Program-made: the position numbers and the translations under genes | Shown here: piece after piece, positions 44,601 through 56,703 of the stretch | How the letters are laid out: the number at the start of each line of letters is the position of its first letter | How positions within the stretch are numbered: the first letter of the stretch is position 1 | Assembly (NCBI GenBank): GCA_964016885.1 | Contig: OZ024756.1 | Coordinates: 2,356,001-2,420,000, forward strand | Origin: Eledone cirrhosa | Lineage: Eukaryota | Length of the DNA stretch: 64,000 nt | Direction of reading: 5' to 3' | Notes under the pieces: generated by a model | Seen by the model: the letters and a program-made list of their open reading frames with translations, nothing else | Told to the model about the DNA's origin: nothing | Database searches by the model: none

Positions 44601-47600
44601 CTGGACTGGGTTATATGTTGTGTTCTTGAGCAAGACACTTCAACTCACGTTGCTGGACTGGGTTATATGTTGTGTTCTTGAGCAAGACACTTCAATTCAC
44701 GTTGCTGGACTGGGTTATGTGTTGTGTTCTTGAGCAGGACACTTTAACTCACGTTGCTGGACTGCGTTGTGTGTTGTGTTCTTGAGCAAAACACTTCATC
44801 TCACGTTGCTGGACTCGTTGATATGTTGTGTTCTTGAGCAGGACACTTCATCTCACGTTGCTGGACTGGGTTATGTGTTGTTTTCTTGAGCAAGACACTT
44901 CAACTCACGTTGCTGGACTGGGTTATGTGTTGTGTTCTTGAGCTAAACACTTCAACTCACCGGGTTATGTGTTGTGTTTTTGAGCAATACACTTCATCTC
45001 ACGTTGCTGGACTGGGTTATATGTTGTGCAAGACACTTCAACTCATGTTGTTTTCTTGAGCAAGACACTTCAACTCACGTTGCTGGAGCGGGTTATGTGT
45101 TGTGTTCTTGAGCAAGACACTTCATCTCACCGGGTTATGTGTTGTGTTCTTGAGCAAAACACTTCATCTCACGTTGCTGGACTCGGTTATATGTTGTGTT
45201 CTTGAGCAAAACACTTCATCTCACATTACTGGACTGGGTTATGTGTTGTGTTCTTGAGAAAAACGCTTCATCTCACGTTGCTGGACTGGGTTATGTGTTG
45301 TGTTTTTGAGCAGGTCACTTCATCTCACGTTGCTGGACTGGGTTATGTGTTGTTTTCTTGAGTAAAACACTTCATCTCACGTTGCTGGACTGGGCTATGT
45401 GTTGTGTTCTTGAGCAATACACTTCATCTCACGATGCTGGACTGGGTTATGTGTTGTTTTCTTGAGTAAAACACTTCATCTCACGTTGCTGGACTGGGTT
45501 ATGTGTTGTGTTTTTGTGCAGGTCACTTCATCTCACGTTGCTGGACTGGGTTATGTGTTGTTTTCTTGAGTAAGACACTTCATCTCACGTTGCTGGACTG
45601 GGTTATGTGTTGTGTTCTTGAGCAATACACTTCATCTCACGATGCTGGACTGGGTTATGTGTTGTTTTCTTCAGTAAAACACTTCATCTCCCGTTGCTGG
45701 ACTGGGTTATGTGTTGTGTTCTTGAGCAACACACTTCATTTCACGTTGCTGGACTGGGTTATGTGTTGTGTTCTTGAGCAAGACACTTCATCTAACGTTG
45801 CAGGACTGGCTTATGTGTTGTGTTCTTGAGCAATACACTTCATTTCACGTTGCTGGACTGGGTTATGTGTTGTGTTCTTGAGCAAGATACTTCATCTCAC
45901 GTTGCTGGACTTGGTTATATGTTGTGTTCTTAAGCAGGACACTTCATCTCACGTTGCTGGACTGGGTTATGTGTTGTGTTCTTGAGCAAAACACTTCATC
46001 TCACGTTGCTGGACTGGGTTATGTGTTGTGTTCTTGTGCAAAACACTTCATCTCACGTTGCTGGACTGGGTTATGTGTTGTGTTCTTGAGCAGGACACTT
46101 CATCTGACATTACTGGACTGGGTTATGTGTTGTGTTCTTGAGCAAAACACTTCATCTCACATTACTGGACTGGGTTACGTGTTGTGTTCTTGAGCAAGAC
46201 ACTTCATCTCACCGGGTTATGTGTTGTGTTTTTGAGCAATACACTTCATCTCACGTTGCTGGACTGGGTTATATGTTGTGTTTTTGAGCAGGACACTTCA
46301 TCTGACGTTGCTGGACTGGGTTATGTGTTGTTTTCTTGAGCAAGACACTTCATCTCACGTTGCTGGACTGGGTTGTGTGTTGTGTTCTTGAGCAAAACAC
46401 TTCATCTCACGTTGCTGGACTGGGTTATGTGTTGTGTTCTTGAGCAGGACACTTCATCTCACGTTGCTGGACTGGGTTATGTGTTGTGTTCTTGAGCAAA
46501 ACACTTCATCTCAAGTTGCTGGACTGAGTTATGTGTTGTGTTCTTGAGCAGGACATTTCATCTGAGATTACTGGACTGGGTTATGTATTGTGTTCCTGGG
46601 CAAAGCACTTTCATCTCACATTACTGGACTGGGTTATGTGTTGTGTTTTTAGAGCAAAACACTTCATCTCACATTACTGGACTGGGTTATATGTTGTGTT
46701 CTTGAGAAAAACACTTCATCTCACGTTGCTGGACTAGGTTATGTGTTGTGTTCTTGAGCAGGACACTTCATCTCACATTGCTGGACTGGGTTATGTATTG
46801 TGTTCTTGAGCAGAACACTTCATCTGACATTACTAGACTGGGTTATGTGTTGTGTTCCTGGGCAAAGCACTTCATCTCACATTACTGGACTGGGTTATGT
46901 GTTGTGTTCTTGAGCAAGACACTTCATCTCACGTTGCTGGACTGGGTTATGTGTTGTGTTCTTGAGCAAAACACTTCATCTCACGTTGCTGGACTGGGAT
47001 ATGTGTTGTGTTCTTGAGCAGAACACTTCATCTGACATTACTAGACTGGGTTATGTGTTGTGTTCCTGGGCAAAGCACTTCATCTGACATTACTGGACTG
47101 GGTTATGTGTTGTGTTCTTGAGCAAGACACTTCATCTCACGTTGCTGGACTGGGTTATGTGTTGTGTTCTTGAGCAAAACACTTCATCTCACGTTGCTGG
47201 ACTGGGTTATGTGTTGTGTTCTTGAGTAAAACACTTCATCTCACGTTGCTGGACTGGGTTATGTGTTGTGTTCTTTAGCAAGACACTTCATCTCACGTTG
47301 CTGGACTGGGTTATGTGTTGTGTTCTTGAGCAATAAACTTTATCTCACGTTGCTGGACTGGGTTATATGTTGTGTTCTGGAGCAGGACACTTCATCTCAC
47401 GTTGCTGGACTGGATTATGTGTTGTGTTCTTGAGCAAGACACTTCAACTTACGTTGCTGGACTGGTTTATGTGTTGTGTTCTTAAGCAAAACAATTCAAC
47501 TCACGTTGCTGGGCTGGGTTATATGTTGTATTCTTGAGCAAGACACTTCAACTCACGTTGCTGGACTGGGTTATGTGTTGTGTTCTTGAGCAGGACACTT

Positions 47601-48300
47601 CATCACACGTTACTGGACTGGGTTATGTGTTGTATTCTTGAGCAAAACACTTCATCTCACGTTGCTGGACTGGGTTATGTGTTGTGTTCTTGAGCAAAGC
47701 ATTTCATCTCACATTACTGGACTGGGTTATGTGTTGTGTTCTTGAGCAAAACACTTCCTCTCACGTTGCTGGACTGGGTTATGTATTGTGTTCTTGAGCA
47801 GGACACCTCATCTCACTTTGCTGGACTGGATTATGTGTTGTTTTCTTGAGCAAAACACTTCATCTCACGTTGCTGGACTGGGTTATGTGTTGTGTTCTTG
47901 AGCAAGACACTTCATCTCACGTTGCTGGACTGGGTTAAGTGTTGTTTTCTTGAGCAAAACACTTCAACTCACGTTGCTGGACTGGGTTATGTATTGTATT
48001 CTTGAGCAGGACACTTCATCTCACGTTGGTGGACTGGGTTATGTGTTGTGTTCTTGAGCAAAACACTTCATCTCACGTTGCTGGACTGGGTTTTGTGTTG
48101 TGTTCTTGAGCAATACACTTCATCTCACGTTGCTGGACTGGGTTATATGTTGTGTTCTTGAGCAGGACACTTCATTTCACGTTGCTGGACTGGGTTATGT
48201 GTTGTGTTCTTGAGCAGGACACTTCATCTCACGTTGCTGGACTGGGTTATGTGTTGTGTTATTGAGCAAAGCATTTCACCTCACATTACTGGACTGGGTT
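38700..48300 (+). repeat. ~5.2-kb-offset duplication within the distal satellite
   Basis: Identical or near-identical ORFs at 40714/45924, 41321/46531 and 41538/46748 (offset 5210). Shared rare variant GGCAAAGCACTTTCAT. Boundaries approximate. Confidence 0.85.
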
Positions 48301-48444
48301 ATGTGTTGTGTTCTTGAGCAATACACTTCATCTCACGTTGCTGGACTGGGTTATGTGTTGTGATCTTGAGCAAAACACTTCATCACACGTTGCTGGACTG
48401 GGTTATGTGTTGTGTTCTTGAGCAAAACACTTCATCTCACGTTG

Positions 48445-48670
48445 CTGGACTGGGTTATGTGTTCTGTTCTTGAGCAATACACTTCATTTCCCGTTGCACC
48501 AGTATACTCAGCTGAAGATGAGTATCAACAATAGTTAGGGTTTTAACCCTGCAATGGCCTGGCGTCCTGTCCAGGGGGGGGGGGAGTATTGTGCACCCGG
48601 TCACTTAACACCACAGAAACAGAGATAAGCATCGGTGTGATCATCCTCCAGACTCAGGATAGACCTTGGA
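48445..48670 (+). mobile_element. CORE-type SINE, central domain plus 3' tail; continuous with the last satellite monomer
   Basis: GTTCTTGAGCAATACACTTCATTTCCCGTTGCACCAGTATACTCAGCTGAAGATGAGTA aligns by eye to the MIR-type CORE pattern (CCTTGGGCAAGTCACTTAAC...CAGTTTCCTCATCTGTAAAATGGG). It is followed by a SINE-like tail, AACCCTGCAATGGCCTGGCGTCCTGTCCAGGGGG...ACAGAAACAGAGATAAGC. Confidence 0.7.
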
Positions 48671-48894
48671 CAGTCACCGGGAGATATGTCCTCGATTGTT
48701 GTCCTTCACAAGATCCGGCATGTGCATCTGGAATGATTCTTAATTCAATAATTTTTCTAGTTTGGGACACCTGAGATCAATATTTACGAAGTCCTTTATT
48801 ATATTTGAAGGTAAACACACCTGTATGCTCCCCTCTCTGAAAGGAAAACTTTTTTGTTACTATAATGTAATGCATTCAAAATACTTTCCGCCAT

Positions 48895-49910
48895 TTAGTT
48901 ACGTCCCTTTATCTTCTTTAATCAAATCTTCCCAGAGTCGTTCAAATAAAGTACCAGTAACACACTGGTGTCAATTTAATCGGCTTTACTCTAACCTTAA
49001 ATTGTTGGCTTTATGCCTAAATCAGAAACCGTTATTATAATTCAATGCATTCAAAATTCTTCGCGGCATCAAGTTACGGCCCTTTATCTTCTGAGTTCGA
49101 ATACTTCCACAGTCAACTTTGGCGTTCATCCTTCCGGAGTTGATAAAATAAAGTACCAGTGGAGTATTGGTGGGAATTTAACTGCTCCCCACATCATTCT
49201 CCTAAATTGCTGGCCTTGTGCCTGGATTAATAAAACATAATTTCAGACATTTAGAGATTGGTGTATCAATAGAATCGTTGGATAATCAGCGAGGATTTGT
49301 TTAGGGTCAATACATTCTGTGTTGAAACCTCACCGAGGTTAACTTCGCCTTTCATTCTTCCGGGATAGATGAAATAAAATACCAGTAAAATACTGGGCCG
49401 ATATAAACTACCTTCTCCTCACTCTATATTGCTGTCCTTCTGCCTAAATTACAAACCAATATTATTTAGACGCTGCAGCACAGAGTTACGGCCCTTTATG
49501 ATCTAAGTTGAAATCCCGCCGAGGTTAACTTTGCCTTTTATCCTTAAGGGGTCGATAAAATAAAGTACCAGTCACGCACTGGTTTCGATCTAATTGACTT
49601 TCCCCTCCCCCAAAATCACTGGCCTTGTGCCTATATAAGAAACCAATATTATTTAGACGAATCAGGTGGTGGATTGGCAGTATCGATAGAAGGTTGGACG
49701 CCATGCTTTGACGCATAGAGTTACGGCCCTTTGCGGTCTGAGTTCAAATCCCGTCGAGGTTAACTTTGCCTTTCATCCTTACAGGGTCGATAAAATAAAC
49801 TACCAGTAATACACTGGGATAATTGCCTTTCATCCTTACAGGGTCGATAAAATAAAGTACCAGTAATACACTAGGATAATTGGTGGCCTTGTTCCAAAAG
49901 TAGAAACAAT
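48895..49910 (+). mobile_element. Tandem cluster of ~5 diverged copies of a second, tRNA-derived-type SINE
   Basis: Recurrent module TTACGGCCCTTT..CTGAGTTCAAATCCCG (B-box-like) GAGGTTAACTTTGCCTTTCATCCTT..GGGTCGATAAAATAAAGTACCAGT..CACTGG...TGGCCTTGTGCCTA..GAAACCAATATT at ~48895, ~49070, ~49250, ~49466 and ~49651. Confidence 0.8.
49766..49879 (+). repeat. 57-bp tandem duplication of the SINE central domain
   Basis: TTGCCTTTCATCCTTACAGGGTCGATAAAATAAASTACCAGTAATACACTRGGATAA occurs twice (49766 and 49823) with 2 mismatches. Confidence 0.92.
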
Positions 49911-49970
49911 CCTTTAGACGAATAAGACGAATGTTTTCTATTTTGTTTTCTATATATTTTTTTTTTGTAG

Positions 49971-49994
49971 AGAAGTTTAGTTTTATTTCTCCAG
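49971..49994 (+). other. Candidate 24-nt microexon (or recursive splice site)
   Basis: A long pyrimidine tract ends TTTTTTTTTTGTAG at 49970. It is followed by the 24 nt AGAAGTTTAGTTTTATTTCTCCAG and a consensus donor GTGAGT at 49995. The length is a multiple of 3 and two frames are open. Confidence 0.4.
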
Positions 49995-50392
49995 GTGAGT
50001 TGTTACAAATAATAATTATTAATCCAATCAAGTTTTCGCAGGTGACATTCAATTACCTACCAGTCAGATCTGAGAAAGTCAAGTTTCTCAAACGAAAGTT
50101 CATGTATTTTTTTTTTGGGGGGGGGGGGGGAGGAAATACAATTCTGTAGTATACACTGCAATCTCAATGATATTGTGGTTTTAGAAAATGAATACGTTTC
50201 TGTCAGTATTGAGTACCATGTTAGTTACATTGGTAGAGATAAGATCTAATGTAACAAGCTTACTTGTGGGTTGCTTCATTACATTATTAGTTGGTGCATA
50301 AAAACAGCTTGTGGGTAGGTCTGAGGTGTTAATTAGCCCCAATATTCATTCGGTTATAAAATACTCTGATGCCATTTTATTCCCTGTAGTGA

Positions 50393-50404
50393 ATATATAC
50401 ACAT

Positions 50405-50477
<73 letters not shown>

Positions 50478-50498
50478 GTATATATATGTATATATATG

Positions 50499-50561
<63 letters not shown>

Positions 50562-50623
50562 AGATGTATAAATATATATATATGTGTGTGTGTGTGTATG
50601 TATATGTATTTGTAGATGTATAA

Positions 50624-50656
<33 letters not shown>

Positions 50657-50730
50657 TACATGTGTGTGCGTATGTATATGTATAAATATATATATGTATA
50701 TATATACATGTGTGTGTGTATGTATATGTA

Positions 50731-50817
<87 letters not shown>
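50393..50817. repeat. Compound (TA)n/(TG)n microsatellite
   Basis: Directly visible dinucleotide tracts. Confidence 0.95.
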
Positions 50818-50818
<1 letters not shown>

Positions 50819-50966
50819 GGAATCAGTAAGACCCCGACGGCTGAGCTCAAGCCGTTTCGACGGCTAATTCTGTCCATTACTGATTCCTATTACACACTCT
50901 ACTACCCTAAGTATTGAGTACTTTGGTGCGCTATGGTCCACCTGGTTCCTTACCACATTTCCTTCG

Positions 50967-50968
<2 letters not shown>
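50816..50968. mobile_element. Penelope-like pLTR-type relic in (TA)n; same family as 57884-58120
   Basis: 14-bp inverted repeat ATAGGAATCAGTAA/TTACTGATTCCTAT. The minus strand has the hammerhead 3' half GAAA-CGGCTTGAGCTCAGCCG-TC. The tail CTCTACTACCCTAAGTATTGAGTACT..GGTGCG..ATGGTCCA.CTGGTTCCTTACCACA is shared with ~58049-58109. Confidence 0.65.
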
Positions 50969-51040
<72 letters not shown>

Positions 51041-51409
51041 GAGTGTGTGTGTACGTATACAAATAGCTGCTCCTTTTTGCAATAGGCATACCTGCTTTAA
51101 TTTAATTAAGTACATCAGATGTATATATATTACAGATTAACATATATTTCTTTCACATTCAGATTGGATTAACAGATTTCTATAGGTTGGAGGCTTGTGT
51201 GGTTTGTTTTAGCGTTCGACAGCCGTTTAAAGTACGTATCTAGTAGCGAGTTTTCACACCGTTTCATGTTACACCAAGTTCCAGTGTAAATGTTATATAA
51301 GTATTAGTTTTAATACTCTTATCAATAGATTGATATGAATATAGTTTCATAACTGCATTAGATATTCGGTCATGGATATTGAGAATAAAGCCAAGTACAC
51401 TTGCAAAAG

Positions 51410-51482
<73 letters not shown>

Positions 51483-51483
<1 letters not shown>

Positions 51484-51668
51484 TTAATATAGATGAGATT
51501 CTACAGGACTAGAACTGTTTCATTCATTAGAAATCAGATTCCTGATGATTTCTAATGAATGAAACAGTTCTAGTCCTGTAGAATCTCATCTATATTAAAG
51601 CTGTTATACTCTGCTATGTATTGAGTACCTTACCTACTGTGGTTACCTCCGATTTAACCCGGAATAAC

Positions 51669-51670
<2 letters not shown>
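51483..51670 (+). mobile_element. Inverted-repeat element (54-bp perfect arms, 9-nt loop, ~70-bp tail) in (TA)n; Penelope-like pLTR derivative
   Basis: Arms 51483-51536 and 51546-51599 are exact reverse complements. (TA)n flanks both sides. The element contains a hammerhead. Confidence 0.75.
51536..51586 (+). ncRNA. Minimal type I hammerhead ribozyme
   Basis: Stem I AGAUUC/GAAUCU; CUGAUGA at 51542-51548; stem II U-UUC(UAAU)GAA-U; GAAA at 51561; stem III ACAG(UUCUAGUC)CUGU; cleavage triplet GUA at 51578-51580. Confidence 0.75.
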
Positions 51671-53555
<1,885 letters not shown>

Positions 53556-53559
53556 ATGC

Positions 53560-54198
53560 ATTAATATATACTGATACACATATATGCATTAATATATACT
53601 TATACACATATATGCATTAATACATACTTATACCCATATATCCATTAATATATACTTATACACATATATGCACTAATACATACTTATAAACATATATGCA
53701 TTAATATATACTTATATACATATATGCATTAATATATACTTATATACATATATGCATTAATACATACTTATACACATATATCCATTAATATATACTTATA
53801 CACATATATGCACTAATACATACTTATAAACATATATGCATTAATATATACTTATATACATATATGCATTAATATATACTTATATACATATATGCATTAA
53901 TATATACTTCTATACATATATGCATTAATATATACTTATATACATATATGCATTAATATATACTTATTCACATATATGCATTAATATATACTTATATACA
54001 TATATGCATTAATATATACTTATACACATATATGCATTAATATATACTTATATACATATATGCATTAATATATACTTATACACATTAATGCATTAATATA
54101 TACTTATATACATATATGCATTAATATATACTTATACACATATATGCATTAATATATACTTATATACATATATGCATTAATATATACTTATATACATA
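53560..54198. repeat. 28-bp AT-rich minisatellite (~23 copies)
   Basis: Unit TATATGCATTAATATATACTTATAYACA. Confidence 0.92.
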
Positions 54199-54257
54199 CA
54201 AATCAGATATACATATATAAATGCCGACCAAGTATTCATTCATATATACATGTTACC

Positions 54258-54262
54258 TACAC

Positions 54263-54355
<93 letters not shown>
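54258..54355. repeat. (CA)n microsatellite
   Basis: Directly visible. Confidence 0.95.
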
Positions 54356-54358
<3 letters not shown>

Positions 54359-54653
54359 TTATGGGCTTGGAAAGGCCCATTACTGTCGAAATAGCCAACA
54401 TTTCTCTCACAAACACTCACAAACATACATACATAGCCATATAATTTATGTCTGGTCAGGTTATTTACTCGCCAGTTGAAAAGCAGGCCCGTATAGACTA
54501 TAATATAACCGTATGGGTAATACAGGGGTATGCTTCGAAACCTAAGGTAGTGATCAACTGTGTCGAGCAGGCATCGATAATATTTTAACTCTGTTAGTAA
54601 CATAAGTAGCTTATTTCCCTTCATCCCTTCTGTAGAAACCTATGACACTACTA

Positions 54654-54692
<39 letters not shown>

Positions 54693-54959
54693 TCTCTCTC
54701 TATATATAAATATATAGATAAAAGCGGGGAAAAAAGCGGTAAAAATTCCCTTGGCGAGGAAAAGAGATGCAATAGTCGGCTATGGGGAAAGATGTATTGC
54801 TGGTACGTCTGAGAAACATATTAAACAGCTAAGCTAAGATTTAACCCTGTAGCTAGAAGTGCTAGCATACAGAATGACTTACAAATCTTTGGGAAATATG
54901 AAATTTGAAAATATTGTCGCCACACTTCAAATAACTATAATGTATTCTGATTCAGGCAC

Positions 54960-55042
54960 CTTACTGATACTTTATTTATCGACATCGTAAGGATGAAAGT
55001 CAAAGCTAACATTGGCGGGATTTGAACTCAGAATGTAAAGCG
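54960..55042 (-). mobile_element. Diverged fragment of the same SINE as 48895-49910, reverse orientation
   Basis: The reverse complement reads CTGAGTTCAAATCCCGCCAATGTTAGCTTTGACTTTCATCCTTACGATGTCGATAAATAAAGTATCAGTAA. Confidence 0.75.
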
Positions 55043-55094
<52 letters not shown>

Positions 55095-55135
55095 TTAATA
55101 ATAATAATAATAATAATGATAATAATAATAATAAT
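55043..55135. repeat. (CTA)n-(TAA)n trinucleotide microsatellite
   Basis: Directly visible; abuts the LINE fragment. Confidence 0.95.
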
Positions 55136-55656
55136 GTGCGGGAATTCTGAAATGGAATGTTGCTGAACAAAAAGAAATGGATAGGAAGACTAGGAAGCTA
55201 ATGACTATCTACAACATGTTCCACAAGAGGAGTGATGCTGATAGACTCTACTTAAAGAGATCTGAAGGTAGAAGAGGTCTTATCAGCATAGAGGACTGTG
55301 CTCAGATGGAGAAACACAACCTGCGCAAATATGTGGCTGACAGTAGGGAGCCAATGCTCAAAATTGTACTGAATTGTACAAAATTGTACTGAAAGACAAT
55401 AGACCAGGGGATGTCCAAGGAGGAATTAAAAGGGAGGAAGAGCAACCTTCATGAAAAATCCCTTCATAGCACCTTCTTTAAGAAAACAGAATTTAGAAAT
55501 CCACAGACATGTAACTGGTTAAAAAGAGGATACCTTAAAAAAGCTACAGAAAGAATGCTAATGGCTGCGCAAGAGCAGGTCCTCAGAACGAAGTGGGTGA
55601 AACACCATATTGACAAGGAGGAGGCTAGCTCACTGTGTAGAATCTGTCAAGTTTGA
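55136..55656 (+). pseudogene. Decayed fragment of an RLE-type non-LTR retrotransposon (R4/Dong-like): RT thumb to start of the zinc knuckle
   Basis: Peptides GILKW..E..EMDRKTRKLMT...H.RSD.DRLYLKRSEGRRGL.SIED, K.LHS.FF, WLKRGYLKKATE.MLMAAQEQ.LRT and IDK....LCRIC match the post-RT motif pattern of R4-clade elements. An in-frame stop lies at a local AATTGTAC duplication (~55361-55392). The RT core and the endonuclease are absent. Confidence 0.8.
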
Positions 55657-55875
55657 CAGTTGATAATTGCAAACTTGACTATCATCACAGAATTGGAACC
55701 TGAAGATTGCGAAAGCATGAAAGTACTTGTTCAATTAACATTTAATATTCTACCATTCTATTTCATTATAATATCATTATAATTATAAAGGATTGTAAAT
55801 AAAACCAGTATATCAGACAAACTTGGAATTCCTTTTATTAATATAATCTTCTATACACAATCATACACACCCGTG

Positions 55876-55877
<2 letters not shown>

Positions 55878-55952
<75 letters not shown>
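55878..55952. repeat. (CT)n microsatellite
   Basis: Directly visible. Confidence 0.95.
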
Positions 55953-55956
<4 letters not shown>

Positions 55957-56030
55957 TTGAGTGCTACTTACCTGATATTTGCATTGCTTTATTCTGCTAC
56001 AATAAAACTCACCTCCTACATTATATATAT

Positions 56031-56703
56031 ATATCAAGATAAGCAGAACAAGTAAAATTCAACTAATTTTTCAAAATAAATCAAAATTAATATACAATTA
56101 AAATTAATCAAAATTAAAAAATATAATATATTTACCTATTCAAATGGCCCTAACTGTACAGTTTCACGGTGCAAAACATTAAATATCACGAGGATATTAA
56201 TGGAAAAGCAACGATCATCAGAGAAGCATTTTCCTGTCCTAGGGTTAAAAACCCCAGGAACGACAAAATATATGACCTCACTCCAACTAATACAGGTCTA
56301 AAAGGTCGTGAAAGTGACCCGTAAATACATTGGTGTATAGTGAAGGCGGGAAATCGTAGACTCGCCGTCTATAGCTCGCCACTAAAAAAAGATTTTTAGT
56401 AACTAAATATAACGACAAATTTGTATCTCTACATACTGGAGATTATTGAAAAAGGTTAATATATATCTGAGGGTACAATGTACCCCCGGAAATATATAGT
56501 GTGTCTATGATTTAAGGTGGTTCTATGGTAATAATTTGATATACCAGAACATAATATCAAGATAAGCAGAACAAGTAAAATTCAACTAATTTTTCAAAAT
56601 AAATCAAAATTAATATACAATTAAAATTAATCAAAATTAAAAAAATATAATATAAATATTTACCTATTCAAATGGCCCTAACTGTACAGTTTCACGGTGC
56701 AAA
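56031..56703 (-). mobile_element. Retrozyme-like non-autonomous element: ~525-bp non-coding unit flanked by ~145-bp direct repeats overlapping a hammerhead
   Basis: Direct repeats at 56031-56175 and 56554-56703 differ by small indels. Each repeat carries the hammerhead 3' half and cleavage site. The interior is rich in hairpins, has no ORF in the track, and is flanked by short (TA)n. Confidence 0.75.
56142..56231 (-). ncRNA. Type I hammerhead ribozyme with long stem II and palindromic stem III
   Basis: Minus strand: AAAUGCUUCU-CUGAUGA-UCGUUGC...CAUUAAUAUC(CUCGU)GAUAUUUAAUG...GCACCGU-GAAA-CUGUACAG-UU-AGGGCCAUUU. Stem I pairs at 9 of 10 positions. Stem III ACUGUACAGU is self-complementary. Cleavage triplet GUU. 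Confidence 0.8.

Larger units (their letters stand above)
1..48497 (+). repeat. 52-bp tandem satellite array (~930 monomers, open at window start), derived from a SINE central domain
   Basis: Consensus CTGGACTGGGTTATGTGTTGTGTTCTTGAGCAARACACTTCATCTCACGTTG repeated head-to-tail with no unique spacers. Variants cluster at GAGCA-NN-ACAC and CACGTTGC/CACATTAC, and recurrent deleted monomers occur. Copy number is length divided by 52. Confidence 0.98.

Noticed and set aside
273-47017. Many Cys/Leu-rich ORFs in the satellite
   Set aside because: They are translations of the 52-bp monomer cycling through frames, ending at the recurring TGA in CTTGAG; there is no coding signal.
1-48497. CRISPR-like array of regular repeats
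   Set aside because: Monomers are contiguous with no unique spacers, there are no cas genes, and the context is eukaryotic.
49735-49760. tRNA gene suggested by the B-box-like GAGTTCAAATCCC
   Set aside because: No cloverleaf; it is part of the repeated SINE head.
48589-50149. Short ORFs right of the satellite
   Set aside because: They overlap SINE sequence and show no recognisable protein motifs.
54470-54560. Possible hammerhead (GAAA-CCTAAGG-TA at ~54537)
   Set aside because: No CUGANGA upstream (only TTGAAAA) and no properly placed stem I.
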